This document shows, one piece after another, positions 49,242-61,299 of a stretch of 64,000 bases of DNA. The stretch spans positions 89,776,001 through 89,840,000 of the forward strand of contig NC_083278.1 of the NCBI RefSeq assembly GCF_963506605.1, given 5' to 3'. The number at the start of each line of letters is the position of its first letter. The first letter of the stretch is position 1. This stretch comes from Zootoca vivipara (lineage: Eukaryota). Under the pieces are notes generated by a model, which was not told the DNA's origin, ran no database searches, and saw nothing but the letters and a program-made list of their open reading frames with translations. The position numbers and the translations under genes are program-made.

Positions 49242-49896
49242 CATCTCATATGTGCTTATAAGCGAAGTTGTAATATAATGCACCAACACACACCTCCTTA
49301 CACATAATTAGGTAAGGATCCTACCATAGGTACGATGCTGGAGAGAATGTGACTTTTGGTGTACTTATGAGAATGGCTGTGGAGGACATAAAATTATCTA
49401 TCCCCAGAGCTCAGAACTTGGTGGCTGTTTCTTATCACATGGTGAGGAGCTATAGCAATGTTCCCAGGTTTTTTTAAAAAAGAAGACAGAATGTCCCTAT
49501 TTTCATCAGAGAAATGTTGGAGGGTATGTGCATGCATGCAAAGTACAGGAGAGGAGAATATAGTAAACTTTATTCTCCTCTCCTGTACTAACAGTCTCAT
49601 TTCCCCTCTTTTGTATGCACTGATTTGTATACATTGTAGATGCATATTTATACACGCAGGAGAGAAGGCAGATTGTGGCCCGTATAATTAGGTTAACGTT
49701 CAAAAGGATACAGTGGTTTTGTTTTTTAATTCCTCAAATAATTTTGGCTGAAATACATTTGCAAAACTGAGCACAAATTCCTGTTTATTTCTATTTAGAA
49801 TATCTCCCAATATAAAAAAAATTAAAAGTTTTTCTTATGAGGACATTATTTTAACAACTTTTTATGATGATTCAGAAACAGTAGCTGTAAAGATAC

Positions 49897-50028
49897 CTTT
49901 TTTACAACGTGATAGTTATCTAAAGCTAAAACCCATTGACACATGGAGCAGCAGGCAACAGACACAAGTCCTACTTTTAAAGGGTTGAAATCAGGCAGCC
50001 TTACATATTTTTTCAACTGCAGAAGCAC
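49897..50028 (-). CDS. DNAH14: DNAH14 exon, MTBD ([16 protein letters not shown]...CSMCQWV...)
   Basis: ttag|GTG, AAG|gtatct; 132 nt. Confidence 0.93.
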
Positions 50029-50588
50029 CTAAAATGAACACAGATCAGTTGTTAAAACAAATGACTTAAAACAATAATAGAGACTCAGCTATACAGCTGC
50101 AAATAAAACGTTTTAAGTGTGTTTTAAGTGCAACATACAATGTGACACTAGGTGGCGATGCTGAGCCTTATGGAAAATTTCATGTTGTATTACAAATGGT
50201 TTTTAAAAAGCAGTGCATAGTGAATAGGGGCAGGGATTTCATCAAATATTGCTGGATGGAGGTAAAATTGTCTAACAGTTCTGGAGGAGCTTTAAAAAGA
50301 AACAATTTCAAAAAAAGGCCAGGAAATTATTTGTTGACCAGTTTTGGGTCAGTCCTGCTTTCATATTTTACCCGACTGAGTGACTACAACATTGGTAATT
50401 ATTTAATGTATTTCTACCATGCCTTCCAGGCCAAGCCCCTACAAGGCAGCATACAATAAAATGTTAAAACCTAAACAATGGACAAATCATGTAATGAACA
50501 CAGTATCAGATAAAACTCATATATGGGGAGTGAGGGGGCAATCATTACATCCAGATAACTTAATGATTTTGATAGCTGATATGTCAAC

Positions 50589-50739
50589 AGAGGACGAGAT
50601 GGTTGGACAGTGTTCTCGAAGCTACGAACATGAGTTTGACCAAACTGCGGGAGGCAGTGGAAGACAGGAGTGCCTGGCGTGCTATGGTCCCTGGGGTCAC
50701 GAAGAGTCGGACACGACTAAACGACTAAACAACAACAAC
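50589..50739 (+). mobile_element. RTE-BovB 3' fragment
   Basis: cagaggacgagatggttggacag...gagtcggacacgactaaac(aac)n. Confidence 0.88.
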
Positions 50740-51298
50740 ATCCAACTGAATAACCATGGGAGATGATTTCTCATTCTTTTGGAAGTTAAAGACTTTAACT
50801 TGATTCCTTTCATGCTTTTTTGCCACCATTATCCCTAATCTTTGCCTCTGAACCATGCTTGTTATTTTCCTCAGGATTAACAAAGAACTCTCTACTGAGA
50901 GGCCATTGTCTTTCTAAAAGGGGACGGTTTTTCTATTCTTAAACCAGCCTAAGTGGGTTCAATGGAACCCAAATTAAAAGAGAAAAGAGAAAAACTTAAA
51001 GAAGGGAGAAGAAGCAAAACCAAGACAGCCAGTACTTTGCAACAGAACTTCCTGATCATTTCTCTTTCTTTGTAGCTTAAGATGCATTTGCAGAATGTGA
51101 CCCTCTACTTTTAGCCTTCTCATTTCCTATTTCTAAAATGGTAATTAAGTAAACTGACCAGGAGAATAAGAGAATTGCAGTATTAGTTTGAAATGTGCAT
51201 TAAAATGATGTTGCTTATTGTTTAAGGTAATCTATCTGAAAATTCTTAGGTATACAATAGAAGAAACAAAAACAATATACACTGCATCCTTCCTTTAC

Positions 51299-51458
51299 CT
51301 TTTCTGGTAGATTATCTTTGTCTAGATTAACCAACCTCTTTAGGAACCCAGGATCTGAAAGCAGTAATTTTGCTGTTGCCCAGTTAGGTTTCTTTTGAAG
51401 AAGGACACAAACTGCATTCATAACAGTAAGTACAAGTGGAGGAGGGCGAGCATACACT
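51299..51458 (-). CDS. DNAH14: DNAH14 exon, MTBD ([20 protein letters not shown]...LPEK)
   Basis: acag|A, AAG|gtaaag; 160 nt. Confidence 0.93.
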
Positions 51459-52032
51459 CTGTGTGATACAGAAGAAAAGTGAATTGAACAAAATGTGCTA
51501 AAATTCAAAACCTTTTTTTGTGTGTCAAAGAAGTCCCTAACAACTTTAGTTAGAGCCACTACTGGACAGTGGCTTATCCTGCCTCATTAATATAGTGCGA
51601 TTAACATACAGCAGCATTTCAAATGAAAAATCTTAACACTGGAAAATACTTTGGATAGTGCTCAAAATATTTAGAATTTCATGTCAGACAGGGAACTATC
51701 ATGACTATTGTGATGTAGTAACAAAAATGAAGAAACTAGAGTTAATTTGCACATTTATTTACAGAAGTACGGTAAAACATTTTAAAGTTTGTTGACAGCA
51801 TTCTTCACTTCTTTTCCCTTAAAAGATATTTAAATCATACCTACTTTAAATTACCACAATAGTAGCAATGCTTACCTAAACCATAATGAAGGAAGATGAA
51901 CAGGAAAATGCTTTGAAATGCAGCAAATATGGGGCCACTAGATTTGTTGCTATTTATCCAGCATGATCTGAAAACTGTACTGATTTTTAACCAAAATCAT
52001 AATCAAACTACAAACATGAGCAACACACTTAC

Positions 52033-52127
52033 CTAACTTCTGCAATGTGGTTTTTGTCAAGTGCATCAAGAGCAGCGACAGCTTTTTCCAAAGTTGGCAT
52101 TACAGCACTGAGCTCTTCTGTTGCTTG
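52033..52127 (-). CDS. DNAH14: DNAH14 exon (QATEELSAVMPTLEKAVAALDAL...)
   Basis: atag|CAA, TAG|gtaagt; 95 nt. Confidence 0.91.
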
Positions 52128-53291
52128 CTATATATATATGTATAAAGAAAAGTTAGACTTTGATGTTTTCATTGACAGTGTATAGTTGTACAAATGCTGT
52201 TTTGTTTTCTATTCTCTGGGTATGTGCTCATATTTATAATATTTGTTTCAAGCCATCTACAGCTGAAGATGGGATCTACACATCCTAGAACCTGCAAAAT
52301 TTGGGATGGAATCAGAAATTGCACTGGCTCCCATAGTCAACATCAACCATGTTATATAACCAATTTTTGTTCCTCCCCCAGGAGCATTGCCATTTTATTG
52401 GAGATCTCAGTGTGTCTGTCATTTTGTCAAGAAGCCCATTCCTCTGCCTGTTCTGCTCATTACGGATAGTGGGGCATATTTGCAGCTTGCAGGCTGAAAG
52501 AGGTTCAGGAACTATGTCATACCCTATGTTATCACACACATTTCGTACCTGGTGTAGGCAGATGTCAGTGCCCTACTTAAGAGCCATACACCTGCTCCCC
52601 TGCCCTCTTCTCTCCATGGTAGCATCTGCCCTCTTCGGTCTCTCAGTGTGATTTATTTGGTTGCTTCAGGACCAGCTAGAAACTTTTGGGCCTATCTAAT
52701 CTTCAGTTCGTAGGTCAGGCCTTTTTGCCTACTCTACACTGAATAGCTGGTTGGGGACACTTGATAGCCTGCCGTGTTGTTTCATAGGTTGATCTGGGTT
52801 TCAGGTGAGTCACATTTGGTGGGTGGTTAGGTATGGGCAGAGGACGGTTATGTTTCAGCCTGGTGATGCTTTTTAGGAACCTTTCACGGGGTTGGGGTGG
52901 TCCTGATGCTTATTCTCTGGGCATTGGGGAAAGATAGGGGCCACCCCTGAGGCCAACCTGCCTCATCTACCTGGAGCTATCAGGCTGCAGGGTGATGGTG
53001 ATGCAGTAAGGATTCCCTGCTCTCTAAGACTTATGGTATGATCTGGGAAAGGTGGTAGGCGGAACAGCCATTTCCCCCTTTCTGCAGGCAGGGGTTGGAT
53101 TGCCTAGTGGCTGCAGTCTGTTAGTTTGAAGTCTGCAGGAGTTTTTCTTATGTTTAACCTTAAAATACCATAAAGTGGCCTTAGTTCAACTCCAGCCTGT
53201 GAGTCTGTCTCTTTATTCCGCCATCTGATCGCAAGCTGCAAATTCCCAGCATGGCACAATAGAAATGAAAAACAATGGTAATAGGATATAC

Positions 53292-53417
53292 CTGTGCATA
53301 TTCTTCCACAGTGCGTGTTTCTGCAGCCATAATTTCTTCATCCTGTTGAACAATAGCTCGAACTTGCTCCACAACTAATGCATCTTTGTGAAGCTTTTCC
53401 ACAAGTTCCTCTATTTC
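53292..53417 (-). CDS. DNAH14: DNAH14 exon, stalk CC1 (EIEELVEKL...EEYAQ)
   Basis: ccag|GAA, CAG|gtatat; 126 nt. Confidence 0.92.
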
Positions 53418-54329
53418 CTGGTAGGAGAGATCCATTTCTCAGTCAATTACATTTATTGCAGAATATCTGAATCAATAATTAATCTACTATTTTGGCTGTT
53501 TTATGAACTACTCAGCAAGTCCTTAATGTGATGGCAAAGATGACATGGACAGTAAGTACATAAGGACTGTGCTGCTCAGAGCAAAACACTCTTCTGTTCC
53601 AGCAGTGGTGTCAAGTCACACGCCCCTGAAAGACTTGTAGGCATGGTGTGATATTGATAGCTATCTCTCCTGTTGCTTGTGCTACCACCTGGTAATCAAA
53701 GGAACACCACCTTTCAGCAGGACCACATTCAGAGATGCAGGTGAAAGCTGAAGGCACAGCATGCAAAGCTGTGCTATGTGGGAAGCTGCAGTCAATCCTA
53801 ACTATACATGAATCCTAGTTACGTGTATGAAGGGATTAAGACAACAGAGCTGTGTTCCTAGACTCAGTTAGGTCACACACCCTTTCTCTGATGAGAGAGG
53901 AAGCGGAACCTCTTCCTGTCCTCTTCATATGCGCAAAGAACATTGGGACATAGTTTCCAAAATGAGCATCTAAGACATGGTAGTCCATGAGGTGCTGTCC
54001 AAATGTTGTTGAACTACAACACCCATCATCCCCAACTATTGACCATGCTGACTGGGGTTGATGGGAGGTGGAGTCCAACAAAACTAACTAACCTTAATCT
54101 AATGTCTATCTATGACAGAGTAACCACTGTCAAAAGCTCTGCCTCTTTATCTATTTTTAATTATTGTTTTCAGATGACCATTTGCTATTAATATTGTACT
54201 GTTTAACCAACCAGGTACCATATAAATCTACATAAAATATAGCTTATATGCTTTAAATTTTGACATGAATCCGGATAAATCTCTAAATGTTTTGAAAGAA
54301 CAAAGAAGCAGATTTGAATGAAATTTTAC

Positions 54330-54438
54330 CTTTGATTTTTTCTCTATTTGAGGACCAAGGACAAGTAACTCATTTTGCATAACTATAATCTGTGAGGTTG
54401 CTTCTAGTATTTTGGTGAGACCAGTATGATAGCAAGTT
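54330..54438 (-). CDS. DNAH14: DNAH14 exon, stalk CC1 (TCYHTGLTKILEA...KKSK)
   Basis: ttag|A, AAG|gtaaaa; 109 nt. Confidence 0.91.
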
Positions 54439-55094
54439 CTAAAATTAAAAATAGTTAAAATCCAATCATAGTCTGGCCTTTTCTGTTACATATATTGAAA
54501 TAGTCATATATTAAGTTGGCTTGCATGACACTAGCATTTTGCAAGACTCTGTAAATCTGTGGGCTCCCAGAGAGACTGTTGTAGCTGCTTTGCTCCTCCT
54601 CTGTTCATTTTGGTGCTGCACTGAAATAGGAACAAGGTTTGTTCACAGTTAAAGGTCATGGTAGTGAGAAGAGGGCTCAACCACAAGTCCCAGTTAGGAT
54701 GACATGGTAAGCACAGAATTTGCAGTAAAAAAGGATCATGGAGGAACAAAGAGGCTATGAGCTCCTCTCTGGGAGCCACATTTGGTCTTACTGTGTTGTG
54801 CAAACCAGATAATTGTAAATTAATCTGGGTCTCCTGAGCTAACTGACAGTTACAGGTATAAGCCTCTGAGCTATTGGAGCAGTTATGTATGCATAGGGTT
54901 ATGCCAAATCTGTCAATTTCTGTTTCTTTCTGTTTCTTATTTTTCCAGTCTTCAGTTATCCACATTTCTACATAGAATCATAGAGTTGGAAGAGACCACA
55001 AGGGCCATCCAGTCCAACCCCCTGCCAAGCAGGAAACACCATCAAAGCATTCTTGACATATGGCTGTCAAGCCTCTGCTTAAAGACCTCCAAAG

Positions 55095-56973
55095 GGACTT
55101 CCTGTCTATCGCCAGCTCCGATCGGCAAAGACTTGCCTCAGCTCTGAGGCAGCCCAGCTCCGTGAGGGGGGGGGAGAGCTGCGAGGGCGATGCAGCCCCC
55201 GAAAAAGAGCCCCAGATTGTGCTTTCTGGGGACGAAGGGCTCAGTGGCTGCTCTATTTGCGCCCCCTTTACCTCCCGGTAAGCTTGAGAAGAGCCCTGGT
55301 GAGAGTGGAGGTGAGAGACGCAGGGGCCATTTTGAGCGTCATTTTACCCTCACTGGGTGAAGCCCTGCAGCCGGCGGAGGAGAGTGATGGATTCTTCCTT
55401 CAAAGTAAGAATTTGATTTGTGGGATAAGCCCAAGGAGAAAACTTTAATTTGATAAGAAGATTCGGAAATAGGGGGCTATTTTAAAAAAGGAAGTCGGTT
55501 GCTACCCTCTGAGAGACAATAAAGCAGGCAATTAACTCTTAGCTGTCAAAAGGAATGGAAACATTCAATTTACCAGGAAGAGGACTTAAAAGCTCCTCTG
55601 TAGCAGGCACAGGGGAGAGGGTTAAAGTAAAATTGCCTGCGAGATACTGACATTTGATAAAAGAAAGTTCCTCTGAAAGCTGGGCCCGAGTCCCTGGATG
55701 GTTTGATGAAAGGACTTGGAGTTAATTGAAGTATTGGATCATTATATTTAATTGGAAATTATTATTCTGGATTTGATGATTTTATGGACTATGTATAGAA
55801 AATGGAGGAAGAGTGCATTCAGTTCAGCCTAAAAAATGGCGAATTTCGTGTTTGAATCTGATCCCTGCCATTTCCGGTTCTCTAACTTGTTGGATGTGTA
55901 TGAAATTTGAGATGCAGAAGGAGGAAGCCATAACAAAAGCACAAGACTGTGTTTTGCAAAAAAAATTCTCACTGCTCACAGACATTAAACAGGAACTAAA
56001 GGAAAATAATGAACAGCTGCAAGAGATCAACTGTTTATGGAGAGACAGATCCACTCCAGAAAAGAGAAAGGACTGAATTTGGAAAACCAGAAAAAAACGC
56101 AAGACGAAGAAGAGGAGGATGAAGAGCATAATGCCCCACAAGTGGCAGATGTGGGGCAAGACATAGCCATATTCCTAGGAGCTCTCAAAAAAGAAACAGT
56201 GGTTTCTGCTGAACTTCCAGTGAGAGGGGGGGTCCAGGGGGAACACTGGGAAATGGAAAAAGAGAATGCTTGTTTGATGTAATACAAAAAGAGATGGCAA
56301 AGGAAGAGGAGAGGGATGGGGTAACAGGTGCAGTGAGAAAGGGTGGGCAGATCTTGTGGAAGGAAGGCTGGAGGTGGATATGGGAAAAGGTGGGAGTGGG
56401 ATGATTATGTAAAGATTAATTTTAATGGTTGGATATGTATGGTTTGAACTGGGTACGATAAAGGGAATTCATTAAACTGTCCTGAGGATTCGGCTTCAGA
56501 AGTAGGGGGGATGATTTTAAATTTAAAAGGAAAAAAATAAAAATTAGATAGATTATTTATGAGTTAAAATATATTGCATTCCTGATAAAAAATAATAAGT
56601 TAAGAGAAGAAGTATGATATATAATTATGATGAATTAGAATTGAATTAAGGTGAGGATTTGGAATGAATAGAAATTGAATAAATAAATATATAATCATAT
56701 GTATAAGGTCGTAAAATTGGGAATATGTAAATGGATATATGATGTATGAAAATAATTGTGAAAACTGCTGTAAGGATAATTAATGGGGAACCCAGAGGGG
56801 GAGGGAACGGGGGAAGTTTAAAAATTTATGGTAATTATTAGAATTAAGAGATTTTTCTCTTTTGTGTGTATTTTTCTTTTTTCTTTTTCTTTTTAATTTT
56901 TTCTTTTTTTATGCTATTTCTTTTTTCTTGTTATTAATGGAAAATGAATAAAAATTACTTTTTTTTACAAAAA
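55095..56973 (+). mobile_element. Poly(A) non-LTR retroelement lacking RT (element B)
   Basis: 15-bp TSD taaagacctccaaag (55080-55094, 56974-56988); GGACTTCC start; AATAAA 56947; TT|AAAG target. Confidence 0.85.
55813..56404 (+). pseudogene. Frameshifted ORF of element B (coiled coil, DEEEEDEE, ends WRWIWEKVGVG*)
   Basis: Three consecutive frames (55813-56076, 56037-56282, about 56280-56404) give the same layout as the element A ORF. Confidence 0.45.
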
Positions 56974-57196
56974 TAAAGACCTCCAAAGAAGGAGACTCCA
57001 CCACACTTCTTGGCAACAAATTCCACTGTCGAACAGCTCTTACTGTCAGGAAATTCTTCCTAATGTTTAGGTGGAATCTTATTTCTTGTACAGTAGTTTG
57101 AATCCATTGCTCCGTGTCCACTTCTCTGGAGCAATGCATTCAAAACTTTTCTAAGTTTTCCTACATCACTTAGGAAATTTTTATTTAAAAGTCCAT

Positions 57197-57512
57197 CAGC
57201 GTTTTAGTGCATAATTCTCCAAATATATACATTTTCTATACAATGTTGCTTAATATCCATGTTTATGTAAGCAATTTCCCCTAATACAATGCATTTTATA
57301 TTTTCATCAGCATATGCATTTCTATGTACATTTTACTCTAACATATACATTTTTGTGCACATTGCTTAGGTGGATATATTGCATTGCAGAATTTGTATAG
57401 AAGTGTGGGTTTTGAAGGGTGGGTACATTTTGGTTCACGTATTGTTACTGGAAGTGCAAATTAGATAGGCTTACCTTTAAACTGAGCTGAATAAATTTAT
57501 TATCAATCCCTG
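57197..57512. repeat. Interspersed repeat fragment (aatatacacatt family), related to 63230-63670
   Basis: Shared gc(a/g)ttttagt...aagcaattt(c/t)ccc..aat...gcatttt blocks. Confidence 0.55.
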
Positions 57513-57595
57513 CCTATGGATGAGGTCCATTCTAGGCCAGGGAGGCTGGATGGTCTGCCATTTCAAAGCTAAGGCTATGTTGTATTGTTTCATAC

Positions 57596-57774
57596 CTGTC
57601 ACTCATAATTTTCTCTTTCATTGACTTCAGTATGGTTGAAAAGGTGTTTATGAACTGTAGATAACTATTGGGAGTGATGTAGTAATGCCTTTTAGTTTCC
57701 TTCAAGTACTTTTCAGTTATGATAGATACATTTTTATGAATATTAACACATATCTGAACAAGCACACTTAAGTC
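57596..57774 (-). CDS. DNAH14: DNAH14 exon (DLSVLVQICVNIH...YYITPNSYLQFI...)
   Basis: ccag|GAC, CAG|gtatga; 179 nt. Confidence 0.92.
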
Positions 57775-58170
57775 CTGGAAAAAAACACAAAAAGGAAAAG
57801 AATATATATTTATATCACATTTCTGTTTAAGGACATTTTGTTTGTAGTGTATTATGATGAATGATAAAACATGTATTCCTTACGTGACTGCTGTTCTGTA
57901 CTTGCCCCTTTAGGTAACCAAACTAATGGGATGTGCACATAACTTTGAATACTGCAGCCCTCTGATTACAGGCATTCCTGCCCCTCCCCCAGTTAATCCT
58001 ATTCAAGCAAACATCAGAGATGAAGCCAGTATTCTTCTAAGCAACATCGTTATTTAGACAACAAGAGAAGGGGTGTCTTACTTACCATTTTAATTTACCT
58101 CAAGTTATAGAGTTATAGATGCCCTCCATATGTTTTAGACTGTAACTCCCATCATCCCTAACCATTGGTC

Positions 58171-58832
58171 TATTGGATAATAATATATATATATGATAAG
58201 AATAATATTGGAGAAAACTGGGTATTGAAACTTGCTTAATCTAAATCATATACCCCAGTTTTCAGTGGCCCTTTAAAGTATGCTTCACACAGAGTATACG
58301 CAGTCAGAAGTCGACCTGGCTAAGAAAACACCACCAAGAGCGTAGGGAATTATCTCCCTTATATGAAACCCCTTACTAGCTGTACGCTTGTAAAAGCATA
58401 CAGAATAAAATACAAACTGTTGGGTTTCTTTAACTGAAAAACAAACTGACTCTAAAGACACTTTAAACTAAAGATAAATGCTTTCTCTCTTAGCAATGTT
58501 ATCTACCCACATTCAAAACCTCCCACAAACCTCCCATTAAACTACCCGAGAATTAACAGCATTCTAGCATTATAACTAAGCAATCATACTAAGATTCAAC
58601 TAAGGAATCTCTTAAACTGAGAACAACTGAGAGAGTGATCTACTACGAGATGAATCAAACTGAAAGATCTAACTAAGAGATGCAGAAGGCTTTCTGGCAG
58701 AGCCTTATATACAAGAAGCAGAGCCCATGCCTGTGAGCAATTAACAGAAACACCGGCACCTGTTTCTCTTAAACAGACAGTATTTACATTAGACCGGCTC
58801 TAAAGTAACTTGACTATTCAAAAAATCCAACA
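58171..58832 (-). mobile_element. Solo LTR inserted in a hAT MITE
   Basis: TATTGGAT...ATCCAACA termini, 5-bp TSD tggtc, minus-strand TATA (cttgtatataagg). Confidence 0.75.
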
Positions 58833-59067
58833 TGGTCATGCTCTGGGGCTGATGATGATTGTGGTGTAAAACATCTGGAGGGCTCCACATTGACTACTCC
58901 TGCTTTAAAACTTTGTCCTGGATTAACAGAAATGGATTAGAATAATTTATGCAAAGTTTGAATTTGTACCAAATGCTTATTGAAAATCAACATGACCTCA
59001 CTAGTGAGAACTATAACAAAATATGAAATTACAGTTTACCACATGTTAAAATGTACAAATATGCTAC

Positions 59068-59256
59068 CTGATTCTGAAATGAGTTGTCATGTTTAAAGTA
59101 ACTTTGTGCAACATGGCAAAGGGCTTCTTCAGGCCAAGTGTCATACCAGTCAACTGTACAGCAATTAATAGTGGCAGGATATGTCCGACAACGCTGACGG
59201 AAGGTCAGTCCTGCATAACTTGTTGTCAAAACAATATGAAGATTGCTGCGTACTTT
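59068..59256 (-). CDS. DNAH14: DNAH14 exon, AAA4 (KVRSNLHIVL...INCCTVDWYDTWPEEAL)
   Basis: tcag|AAA, CAG|gtagca; 189 nt. Confidence 0.94.
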
Positions 59257-60689
59257 CTGAAAAAGATTTAATCATTTGTGGAAAACTTCACCCATATATA
59301 TCATTTTTCAAAATTATGCATGCAGGAATGTTTAGATTGTCATATTAGTGGTCAATCAAATGCACACATGCTAATCCCCCCTCCCCACGGCCTTCTCAAG
59401 AGAGATTCACATATATATTCCTCTTAATTTGCATTAATAGTATACTATTACCTCCTATTTATTATTTATAGCTAAAAAGTCTGTCATATACTTTGAAAGT
59501 TAAACCTTCCCTCCCTCAGCAACTTCATGTTAAACAGCATGAAGAAGAAGGTAGAACCCCATGGAGCTCCCAAAAACATGAAGTTGAGAAGCAGTCCCCC
59601 AGCACCGCCTTTCTGGGGCCTACCTGTCAGCTAAGACTAAATAGAGCCCTCAAGTCCCATTTATTGAAGATGGTACAGAAGAATGCCACGGTCAATGGTC
59701 CAGCAAGAGCAACAGTAATCCTTGCCTAGTTACTAACATGCCACGCCTGGTTTACCTCAGCGCGCAGGGACTGACTGAGCGGGTGGCGAGGTGTTTGGGC
59801 AGGTGCTCCCATTTAACGCCTCAAGTGGCAGTGGCTCTGCCTCAAGCTCCTCCCTGTGGAGGTAGAAGGAGGCCAATGGTTTTTCCCAACCCCCTCATTC
59901 TGTCTCCCCCTCCATCGCTTTGTCGCCTCTTCCTAGCCAAGGATTTCACATGGCGCATGTGTCCTGCTTGAAGTCAGTGGCAAGTGCCTGTATCGGTTTC
60001 CATGGGGTCCTGCAAGGGTGCCACAAGTCAAGCCCAAGTCTTTTTGTTTATTTCCCCATTCAACAAACTGACCATCCAAGGTGGGTTTTGTAGTTTGTTT
60101 ATATTTTGTTGCTCTCTCCCCCTCAATTTCCAGCCGGGAGGCAGAAAGAGCCCAGGCAGGCCTTGTTTCATTTCCTAAGAGATCTCCAATATTAGCATTT
60201 TTATGTAAGGGCGGCTCCTTGGTTAGGGAACTGCAGTAGTACAAACAGGTCCAAGTTGCAATCCACAATTCCCCAGCCCCTTGAGCCGCTCCTTCTCTTT
60301 TGAACAGGGTTACTCGTGAGAATACAGCTCCTGTCTCTGGAGGGCATCCTCAGGGCTTTAGAATTAGGTCCTTAGCTGTGTGCCTTTGGGAGTAAATTCA
60401 ACCCAAAAGGAATGTGCAGCGCGGTTCCCAGTCTCTGCATTAACTTCAAACTTCTTCCCAAGCTCATTTAGGGAGAAGTTCTTTGAGTGAAATTCTTAGT
60501 ACATTTTAAACTGGTGGAGTGGGGCAGAACCAGGGTGCCAGTCTCGCCTCTAAGCTAAAGCCTATTTATTATTGTGGATTTTTAATAATGTTGCAGTATG
60601 TTTGAGTGCTGACCATTTGCACTATTTCTGAGTGCTGACATTTTTTATTTTATTTTAGTCATTATTGCTGTTATATTGTTTTTGTAGCT

Positions 60690-60954
60690 CTGTGACAAAT
60701 ATGGAACCGGATATTGACCATCTCATTAGCCAAAAGCAAGCCCATACTCCCCACTGAAATACTTATCAGTTTATGTTGATTAAAATTGTTCTTCATTTTA
60801 AATATTGTATTGTTTTTCATGTTCTTTGTGCACTACAAATATGTGCAGTGTGTATAGGAATTTTTTCATATTTTTTTCAAATTATAGTGTGGCCCCCGAC
60901 AATGTCTGAGGGACAGTGAACTGACCCCCTGTTTAAAAAGTTTGAGGACCCCTG
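60690..60954 (+). mobile_element. hAT-Charlie (OposCharlie1-like) 3' end with transposase C-terminus
   Basis: VTNMEPDIDHLISQKQAHTPH* then ...tctgagggacagtgaactg.ccccctgtttaaaaagtttgaggacccctg. Confidence 0.75.
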
Positions 60955-61136
60955 CTCTTGCTCAAGGGCAGATTAGGGAGACAGGTCAGTAGTTATCAAT
61001 AGTGATGGGATCTAATCCCTTTTTTCAGCAGAAGTTTCATAATGGCTTCTTTCAATCCTATCTTCAAGGGAGGGTTTAAGCAACTATGAAGACTGACTCA
61101 AACCTCCAATCAAATAGTTCTTCGGTGATGCTAGAC

Positions 61137-61299
61137 CCTGGGTGTAGCCAGGGGGGTGAAGGGGGGCAGCTGCCCCCCAATCAAGTAAACAAACAAGAAT
61201 ACTTAAGTAACTGACCATTTGCATCACAGATAACTTGGTTCTGCCCCCCCCCCAACATAAAGCCTGCTCCCCTTAACACAAATCCTGGCTACACCCATA
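61137..61299. mobile_element. hAT-type MITE
   Basis: TGGGTGTAGCCAGG...CCTGGCTACACCCA; TSD tgctagac/tcctagac. Confidence 0.75.

Larger units (their letters stand above)
54971..57135 (-). mobile_element. CR1 LINE 3' fragment interrupted by element B
   Basis: catagaatcatagagttggaag end; continues as aaagacctccaaag|aaggagactccaccac; minus-strand RFHLNIRKNFLTVRAVRQWN. Confidence 0.85.
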
